Shown here: piece by piece, positions 41,361 through 47,570 of the stretch
How positions within the stretch are numbered: the stretch's first letter is position 1
Layout of the letters: every line of letters begins with the position of its first letter
Source: an uncultured virus (IMG/VR IMGVR_UViG_3300021400_000484)
Taxonomy: Duplodnaviria > Heunggongvirae > Uroviricota > Caudoviricetes
IMG/VR virus record: IMGVR_UViG_3300021400_000484
Span: 1-64,000 of that record
DNA length: 64,000 bases
Strand: one strand, 5' to 3'
Position numbers and translations under genes: made by a program
The notes under the pieces: generated by a model
Seen by the model: the letters and a program-made list of their open reading frames with translations, nothing else
Databases searched by the model: none
Told to the model about the DNA's origin: nothing

Positions 41361-41391
41361 TTGACTTGTTTTTGTATTTTGTATATCTAAT
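41361..41391 (+). promoter_or_regulatory. Candidate promoter for the RNA gene cluster
   Basis: TTGACT-17 nt-TATCTAAT. Confidence 0.45.
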
Positions 41392-41498
41392 GTATTCGTC
41401 TGGTTGATTCAGACAATCTTTGACAATAGAATAAACCTCCTTTTTAGAACTTTGTCAATTTTGTGTGAATAATCGTGATGATTATGATCATACCGTTT

Positions 41499-41581
41499 GG
41501 GTAGGTAGCGAAGTGGCTAAACGCGGCGGGCTGTAAACCCGCTCCCCTACGGGTTCGGTGGTTCAAATCCATCCCTACCCA
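41499..41581 (+). tRNA. tRNA-Tyr(GTA)
   Basis: GGGTAGG/CCTACCC acceptor, GCGGG-CTGTAAA-CCCGC anticodon arm, long variable arm, GGTTCAAATCC. Confidence 0.95.
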
Positions 41582-41585
41582 TTGT

Positions 41586-41662
41586 TGGAAATTAGTTTAA
41601 CTGATAAAACAACCGACCTTTGTTGGGGTCGTTAGATGAAAGTTTGAATCTTTCATTTCCAG
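41586..41662 (+). ncRNA. tRNA-like RNA with atypical anticodon arm (or degenerate tRNA-Gln)
   Basis: TGGAAAT/ATTTCCA acceptor, D arm, GAAAG-TTTGAAT-CTTTC T arm; CGACC/GGTCG closes an 8-nt loop. Confidence 0.6.
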
Positions 41663-41667
41663 TTAAT

Positions 41668-41980
41668 CTTATTGTGGTTGGGTTAGAAGCAAACATCCTT
41701 AATGAGTGTGGCAATCGCCAATAGCATATCCTGATTCTATATCTTCCAAGATGTAGAACGCATTAAAGCTACACCGCCCTCTAATGTTTAGCTAGCATTA
41801 TGGCAAATCAGCTAAAGTAAAATTTAGCGAAAGAGTGAATAGGCGGATCAGGCTATATATCAAATTGATAGAGTGAAGTGTAATGGTATATAGGTGAGTC
41901 GGTCACTCCGAGGATAGCAGGTAATCACCCCGTAAATGGTAAGGATTACACTCCACTTTGGCGTAACAGCACACAATGAG
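41668..41980 (+). ncRNA. ~310-nt multi-stem RNA containing 23S rRNA H43/H44 (L11-binding) look-alike sequences
   Basis: Closing stem CTTATTGTG/CACAATGAG; GTTGGGTTAGAAGCAAACATCCTTAATGAGTG near the 5' end and GGCGTAACAGCAC near the 3' end; multiple internal helices. Confidence 0.7.
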
Positions 41981-42404
41981 ATTTTAAAGTCCCGTTAAAA
42001 TCGGGCAATGTTGGCGAGGCTAACCAACACAGAGGTTTTAGGTGCATGTCCTGTTGCTGAAAAAGAGCAGCTATCTAAAAACACCTGAGTCTTTAGAAAT
42101 TTTCAAAGTTCTTTGAAAATTGAATAAAGTATTAGTAATATGGTTATGAACTCTGTGTCGGGCTAGTAGCCTCGGCTATGATGCTATCTTGATTCGTAGT
42201 ATCTAATCATATTATTATTCAATAAATCATTGCTACGAAGAGCAAGTTGTGAGAGTAAAGAATGGAGTTACTTAGTAAGTGCGCATAATTAAGTAACAAA
42301 AGGATTAGGGTAGCAAACGTAGAGCCTGGAAAAGCCCTAACGTATGGTATTGGGAATGATTTATTGCTTAGTCAAATTTCGTGAAGGAGCAATACTGATA
42401 AGTT

Positions 42405-42553
42405 AAGTACCGTAGGAACTACGGGAACTAATGTCTGTGGAGGGTATGGACGCTACGCCGCAAAGCGGCAATGCTGAGTATTCGTTGAAGCAGAAAGGAA
42501 TATCCGTGAGGATTCCATAGAATCCAACGGACTAAAGTACGTTGGTAGTTCAA
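42405..42553 (+). ncRNA. Orphan TnpB-type omegaRNA / IS605 right end, copy 1
   Basis: TACCGTAGGAACTACGGGAA...CTGTGGAG...GAAGCAGAAA...GAATCCAACGG..CGTTGGTAGTTCAA; no tnpB attached. Confidence 0.8.
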
Positions 42554-42580
42554 TATCATGTACCTAGGAATTTGGCTTTT

Positions 42581-42653
42581 GCACCAATAGCACAGTTGGA
42601 AGTGCAACGGTCTTCTAAGCCGTGGGTCGCAAGTTCGAGTCTTGCTTGGTGTA
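42581..42653 (+). tRNA. tRNA-Arg(TCT)
   Basis: GCACCAA/TTGGTGT acceptor, ACGGT-CTTCTAA-GCCGT, GTTCGAGTC. Confidence 0.92.
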
Positions 42654-42766
42654 CTACCCATCTTCACCTATTAATTTAGGTCTGTAAAGCATACGGATGA
42701 GATACTAGTTAATCATTCTATAAGGTGCAAAAAGAGGGGAAGTAGGAATGCAGTGACCTACTGTTT

Positions 42767-42842
42767 AGCGGTGTAGCAGAAAGGTTCATGCGGTGGCCTT
42801 ATAAGCCATGTCATTATGTGGGTTCGACCCCCACCACCGCTA
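42767..42842 (+). tRNA. tRNA-Ile(TAT)
   Basis: AGCGGTG/CACCGCT acceptor, GTGGC-CTTATAA-GCCAT, GGTTCGACCC. Confidence 0.88.
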
Positions 42843-42920
42843 TTGCCGTTGGGATACGACATGTTCGAGTTTTCGAGGACTAAATAACCCCGATAGCCTG
42901 TGTCGTTAAACAGGCATTAA

Positions 42921-43040
42921 GCCGTGAAAGTTCAGTTGGTCGTAACGGGTCAAGATTCTTCGGTTAAACAATTTAGTGAAGTTATACCTAAAGATACGGA
43001 GATGTGATGCAGACTTTGGGTTCGATTCCCAAACACGGCA
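42921..43040 (+). ncRNA. tRNA-like RNA with greatly extended anticodon arm (120 nt)
   Basis: GCCGTG/CACGGC-A acceptor, D loop AGTTGG, TTGGG-TTCGATT-CCCAA T arm; ~65-nt central stem. Confidence 0.7.
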
Positions 43041-43042
43041 TA

Positions 43043-43129
43043 GGGCGTGTAGTTTAATATGGTAAAACAACTCTCGCGAGGAATATAGAAATATATTCGG
43101 AGAAATAGGTTCGAGTCCTGTCACGTCCA
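43043..43129 (+). ncRNA. tRNA-like RNA lacking an anticodon (GAAA-capped arm)
   Basis: GGGCGTG/CACGTCC-A acceptor, D arm, ATAGG-TTCGAGT-CCTGT; centre GAATATA-GAAA-TATATTC. Confidence 0.72.
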
Positions 43130-43133
43130 TTAA

Positions 43134-43219
43134 GTCATACAAGTTTAGTAGGGTAAACGCCCGCAGTAAGGATTGATCACCTCTGTTGGGAGATTCAGGT
43201 TCGAGTCCTGAGTATGACA
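43134..43219 (+). ncRNA. tRNA-like RNA with elongated bulged anticodon arm
   Basis: GTCATAC/GTATGAC-A acceptor, D arm, TCAGG-TTCGAGT-CCTGA; centre CCC-GCAG-TA-AGG[ATTGATCA]CCT-CTGT-T-GGG. Confidence 0.72.
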
Positions 43220-43305
43220 TTTCCCTATGTCTGGTAGGGAAACGTTGCGTGGAAGGGGAGCATCGTGAACACTCCCTTCAAGCAATCGAATTATTTATAG
43301 TTGAT

Positions 43306-43612
43306 AGAAAACCCATGGGCTTTAGTCCGTGGGATGAAAAAGATAAAAATAAAAATCTTTTTGGTTGATTCAATATCTTATTTAGTGTAAATAAGATTCA
43401 GAATTAAACGATAACCAAGTTTAATTCTTATTTAAATTTAACTTAACATAGTTTAGGTTAAAAAAGTACCGTAGGAACTACGGGAACTTAGGTCTGTGGA
43501 GGGTATGGACGCTATGCCGAAAAGAGGCATAGCTGAGTATTCGTTGAATCAGAAAGGAAGATTCGTGAGGACTCCGAAGAATCCAACGGTCTTTAGTCCG
43601 TTGGTAGTTCAA
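43306..43612 (+). mobile_element. 307-bp IS200/IS605-derived miniature element carrying omegaRNA scaffold copy 2 (43464-43612)
   Basis: TTGAT then left end AGAAAACCCATGGGCTTTAGTCCGTGGGATGAAAA; right end ...CGTTGGTAGTTCAA; no protein gene. Confidence 0.82.
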
Positions 43613-43683
43613 AGTACTGAGATCTCCTATAAGTAATTGCGGATTGTAATAAGTAACTAAGACCAGACAACTTAGTTACTTTT

Positions 43684-43998
43684 GCCAGTGTGGTGGAATT
43701 GGTAGTCACAGCGGACTTTTGGTTATTTGAGCCATACAATAGGAAACTTTGTATGGGATGTGGGCTAATTCGGTGAAAGTCTTAGCAAGTAAAGTTGAAG
43801 ATAACGCCGAGCTAAATCAGAATTTAATATTCTGTAAACGTGTAGAGAACATACACCCACAACCTAAACACTTAATAGTGCATGGTTAAGACATGTTCCA
43901 GACTACAACCCTTATAATAAGGGGCTATGGAAACTTAGAGTAGTAAGAAAATCCGCTTCTCTTTAATGAGAGTATGAGTTCGAGTCTCATCACTGGTA
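43684..43998 (+). tRNA. tRNA-Leu(TAA) interrupted by a group I intron (exons 43684-43718 and 43948-43998)
   Basis: Splicing joins GCGGACTT|AAAATCCGC to give anticodon TAA; GCCAGTG/CACTGGT acceptor; long variable arm. Confidence 0.92.
43719..43947 (+). ncRNA. Group I self-splicing intron (229 nt, no ORF)
   Basis: Follows exon U and ends in G; CTAATTCGGTGAAA..AACGCCGAGCTAA (P4-P6), GTAGAGAACAT/ATGTTCC (P7 region), GTGGG/CCCAC (P3). Confidence 0.88.
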
Positions 43999-44084
43999 TT
44001 GGAGAGAACAAACAGAATTAAACTCTGCTTGTTACAAACAGAGTATGATCGGCTTGCCGACCCCAGCTCTGTCTCTCCATTTCG

Positions 44085-44178
44085 TGTGCTGATAAAGTTT
44101 GGTGCTTTAGCTAAGTACTTAGTGTCAATGTGATTTGCAATTAACATTGATAGCAGGTTCGATTCCTGCCAGCACGAT
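44085..44178 (+). ncRNA. tRNA-like RNA with canonical T arm and acceptor but remodelled core
   Basis: TGTGCTG/CAGCACG acceptor, GCAGG-TTCGATT-CCTGC, internal hairpins TAAAG/CTTTA and TGTCAATGT/ACATTGATA. Confidence 0.6.
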
Positions 44179-44278
44179 AATGGCGAAACTGCATGTGCGG
44201 GTGATTTGCTTTTGAGCATAAAACACATGTGCGGCTTTGCCATTTGCTTTTGAACAATTTTGTCTTTTGAGACGAAAA

Positions 44279-44308
44279 GAAAAGCCTAGCGCTCGTGCTA
44301 GGCTTTTT
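44279..44308. terminator. Bidirectional terminator ending the RNA cluster
   Basis: AAAAAGCCTAGCG-CTCG-TGCTAGGCTTTTT between convergent units. Confidence 0.85.
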
Positions 44309-44309
44309 G

Positions 44310-46244
44310 TTATTTCTTGAGTGCCGCTTCGAGTTGCGGATTATCATATTTAATCCATCCAATAAGTTCAAGTTCGCTCGTAAGCAGGCCACCTTTTATT
44401 GTATCTGTGATGGATTGTACATAATATCCGACGGATGATTTGTGTGAATCAGTCCAGCTAGATAGTGATGCAGGAACACCAATGTTTGAGTTGAAATGAT
44501 TTCCGTCACTTGTGCTTGAATTTTCCCAATTACCAGCAAGTGAAACGTTGCTATTGTATTTGAGTTTAACCCTGTCAAGTTCATCCTGATATTCTTTAGA
44601 CGCAACAATAGCCTGCCATTTTTGTTTTTCAGTTGCTGAAATATCTGAGATTTGGTCTGGATTTGTGTTTGTGCCTTTAGCTTTTGCAGCGCGTTCTGAA
44701 TTTGGTGTGCTTTTATCACCGTGTTTGTTCCACCAAGCATTGTAGGCTTCGACGTTTACGTTGACTTTCTCGTTTGGGGTATTCACGTCCCAGATTTGAA
44801 GATCGGTTTCGGATTTGTTGATGTTTGATTCGGTTTTAGATTGCTTTGCGCCACCAGGTATCAGATATTCAAATTTAACAATCTGGCACAACCCTATATA
44901 TGGCCAATTTATCAACGTTGCCGACCCCTGATAGTTTGTGATATGTAACTTTCTCGTTATCATTTGAGCTTCTTGTTTTGCATCATCCTCAGTATGTGCA
45001 TAAAGTGGAATTTTACGTTTTATTACTTTCGCGTTCTGGTCTTGTTTATCTTTATCTTTTGGAACTTTAGGAAATTCAAGTGTATGCTCTTTTTTGTTCT
45101 CGTCATACCATATAAATGTGAAGTAAAACTGTGAAATAAAAGATCGAGAATCAAAGTTGATAGACATTGATTGCACAATGCTATTTTTGAATCCGTATTT
45201 GAGAACGAGCGCTCCATTGTCTTCGGACATGTATTCCTGCATGTTTAATGATTCAATGGTTTCTTTGTTTCCCATATCTTCTGCTGTGTCTTGCTGCGCT
45301 TTGTAGTTCCCGAATGCTTCGGCTTTTCCATCTTCAAGTAGATGGATTGCATCTTTTCTTGTCATAGGAACAGGCATAAAGAAAACAGAACCATCTAATT
45401 GATAAACAAGTTGATAAGGTGATGCCGCAAATTCTTCATTTTTGCATTTTGCGATAGAACAAAGTTTTCTATTTATAAAATCAACAACATTTGAATAGTC
45501 TTTTGTTGGGAATTTTTGTGTTTTTGTTAGTTCTTCTGTTGTAACAACTATTCCTTGCCAGTGTTCTTTTTCCAATAAATTTTTAACAAGACCTGACACA
45601 GTATTGAATTTGTTTTTGTTGTCGTTGTCTTTTCCTAAAATATATACAGTTTCTTTAACGTCGTTTCCATCTTTATCCCTTGCTTCTGGGAAATCATCAA
45701 ACCATTGTGGTGGGACTGGACTCATCTTTAAAGACCATTCGACGCCAGCGTTTGTTATGTTTTCTGTTGCTTCATTTATAAAGCAGTGCATTTTGAATGG
45801 TGGTGGTTGTTTTCCGCCGCCGCCTTTTGAAATACCATAAGTTACGAGGCAGTGAACTTTCTGATTTTTTACAGATTCCATTATGAGATTTTCAAATTGA
45901 ACAAAAGTAGGATCAAATATAGTCAGATTGCATTCAGTAGCACCACCAGACGCTTGCCAGAATCCCTTATGACTGTTTACCTGTTTAGGTACTTGTCGCT
46001 TGCATGTGAATGATTTTATATAGCTGTTGAATCCACTGTCATGCAAAGCATGATGCTTTATACCTTGTTCACTATATTCTTTATCATTTAAAGGAATATT
46101 TGTTATTTGGACTTCACCAATACTGACATTTATATATGCGAAATTGGTTACATTTGTATTACCGCCCGTGCCTACTTTTCCATCTTCTAATGGATTCTTT
46201 TTTGGTTCTTCTGCCATTGCTTTTCTCTGAAAAAAAGAAGCCAA
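44310..46244 (-). CDS. Putative baseplate hub / tail protein
   Basis: 644-aa ORF in the tail module; LTIFDP near the N-terminus and YYVQSITDTIKGGLLTSELEL C-terminus typical of gp27/late-control-D-like hubs. Confidence 0.6.
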   Translation of the reverse strand: MASFFQRKAMAEEPKKNPLEDGKVGTGGNTNVTNFAYINVSIGEVQITNIPLNDKEYSEQGIKHHALHDSGFNSYIKSFTCKRQVPKQVNSHKGFWQASGGATECNLTIFDPTFVQFENLIMESVKNQKVHCLVTYGISKGGGGKQPPPFKMHCFINEATENITNAGVEWSLKMSPVPPQWFDDFPEARDKDGNDVKETVYILGKDNDNKNKFNTVSGLVKNLLEKEHWQGIVVTTEELTKTQKFPTKDYSNVVDFINRKLCSIAKCKNEEFAASPYQLVYQLDGSVFFMPVPMTRKDAIHLLEDGKAEAFGNYKAQQDTAEDMGNKETIESLNMQEYMSEDNGALVLKYGFKNSIVQSMSINFDSRSFISQFYFTFIWYDENKKEHTLEFPKVPKDKDKQDQNAKVIKRKIPLYAHTEDDAKQEAQMITRKLHITNYQGSATLINWPYIGLCQIVKFEYLIPGGAKQSKTESNINKSETDLQIWDVNTPNEKVNVNVEAYNAWWNKHGDKSTPNSERAAKAKGTNTNPDQISDISATEKQKWQAIVASKEYQDELDRVKLKYNSNVSLAGNWENSSTSDGNHFNSNIGVPASLSSWTDSHKSSVGYYVQSITDTIKGGLLTSELELIGWIKYDNPQLEAALKK

Positions 46245-46270
46245 CTATTTAGCTGGCTTCTGTATCTTTG

Positions 46271-46441
46271 CTAATAAGATTTTTTTGATTTCTGATCATA
46301 ATTAGAAAAAAATTCATTTTCACGATTTCGATTTTTCTTTTGTTTTTTTTGTTTGGCATCAGATCTTGTAGATTCCCTGATATCATCTAAATCATAATTA
46401 TCCAGATAGCAATCGTGACCTTTGATTTTGAATTTTGACAT
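46271..46441 (-). CDS. Small basic hypothetical protein (56 aa, below ORF-track cutoff)
   Basis: MSKFKIKGHDCYLDNYD...KKSY*, SD AAGGA. Confidence 0.5.
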   Translation of the reverse strand: MSKFKIKGHDCYLDNYDLDDIRESTRSDAKQKKQKKNRNRENEFFSNYDQKSKKSY

Positions 46442-46461
46442 AAAAATAAGATCCTTTAAAT

Positions 46462-46719
46462 TTATCGCCGTCGTCGAGGCGGTTTAGGTTTGTGGTTCGC
46501 GCTGCTTTGCTTGCTGCGTTCTTTTAACGCAGCTTCTCGTGCATCTGCCTCATCTTTTTTGCGCTTACCAAGTTTATCATAAAAGGCATCTAACTCAAAT
46601 GGGAATAATTCGTCTGTGTCAGCCAGAGACGTGTGTGCATAATAAGCCAACTCAAATTGTTTCTGCTGGATTGCGTCCAAGTACGCCCTTCGATACTCTA
46701 ATCCCTGCGGGGAGTTCAT
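46462..46719 (-). CDS. Tail/baseplate assembly chaperone, second ORF (T4 gp51-like)
   Basis: QFELAYYAHTSLADTDELFPFELDAFY pattern; overlaps the upstream chaperone by 68 nt. Confidence 0.6.
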   Translation of the reverse strand: MNSPQGLEYRRAYLDAIQQKQFELAYYAHTSLADTDELFPFELDAFYDKLGKRKKDEADAREAALKERSKQSSANHKPKPPRRRR

Positions 46720-47464
46720 GTGGCTTCCGAAAAAATTGTTCTGTTGGCGTTAAAATAGAAGTGTGTTCAGTTCTGCAATGAGGGCATTTCACAATTTGTT
46801 TATTGTCAATTCCAAACTCAATGCTTTGGTCAATTAATTGTAGATAGCCATAGTCATCTGGTGAGCATCCCAACACAAATTCTATTTTAGATTCAAGTGA
46901 TGGGATGATATTATCAATGCGTTTAATCATGCAAGCAAAGTAATAGAATAATAATTCTGAATTTTCATCTATTTCAGCAAATCTTTTTTTACGCTTTTCA
47001 ACGAGATCTTGTGCATCTCTTAATTCATTTGGAAGCACGACACCGACGGCGACACGTTTTCCTGAGTCTGGTAGAATAATTGGTATTGGGTATTCATCCA
47101 AATCTAAGTAAGTGCATTCGATATTGTTTAAATCCCATGTGACATCAAATTGTTTGTGACAAGAACTACATTCTCGTTTTGTTACATATTGAGAACCGAG
47201 TGTGATTGCTCTGATTCGTGTAAACAAAGCAGTGCGGTCTTCGACATGCAAATCTTTGCAGTCCATGTTAAATTCACCGACAATGCAATTCTTTATTAAT
47301 GTGTTAATGGCAGATGCAGAATTACTACCGAACAGACCTTTCATGTCTTTTGTTTTAAATGGACAAACAACCAATGATTCTGGTACATGATATTCTGGTG
47401 GATATATGATACCTCTGGATGGCAGGAATACTTCTTCATTTAACACTGTTTTGTTTTCTGGCAT
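46652..47464 (-). CDS. Baseplate hub/tail assembly chaperone (T4 gp26-like)
   Basis: LPSRG..Y, DR..LF..IRAITLG, CSSC, LPDSG, CPHC, EQFFR. Confidence 0.75.
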   Translation of the reverse strand: MPENKTVLNEEVFLPSRGIIYPPEYHVPESLVVCPFKTKDMKGLFGSNSASAINTLIKNCIVGEFNMDCKDLHVEDRTALFTRIRAITLGSQYVTKRECSSCHKQFDVTWDLNNIECTYLDLDEYPIPIILPDSGKRVAVGVVLPNELRDAQDLVEKRKKRFAEIDENSELLFYYFACMIKRIDNIIPSLESKIEFVLGCSPDDYGYLQLIDQSIEFGIDNKQIVKCPHCRTEHTSILTPTEQFFRKPHELPAGIRVSKGVLGRNPAETI

Positions 47465-47501
47465 TGCAATTACCTCAAGATTATATTGTTTGTTGAAAAA
47501 T

Positions 47502-47520
47502 CTATCTAACTATTAGATAG
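47502..47520. promoter_or_regulatory. Inverted pair of CTATCTAA motifs (candidate bidirectional late promoter)
   Basis: CTATCTAA-CTA-TTAGATAG between the divergent chaperone and tape-measure genes. Confidence 0.6.
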
Positions 47521-47570
47521 TATTTTATTCATTTTATATGCTTGAAAATAAACAAGTCAAGGAAAATATC

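Noticed and set aside
41668..41980. True 23S rRNA gene or host contamination
   Set aside because: Only two short GAC-like segments match, split by unrelated structured sequence, with no other rRNA-like sequence nearby.
42581..42653. Amber suppressor tRNA (CTA) or alternative genetic code
   Set aside because: The 7-nt loop CTTCTAA centres on TCT (Arg); long genes translate in code 11 and end with TAG, TGA and TAA.
42428..44392. Minus-strand ORFs 42428-42667, 42906-43220, 43935-44243, 44141-44392 and plus ORF 43186-43368
   Set aside because: Shadows of tRNA, ncRNA and IS-end sequence with no protein features.
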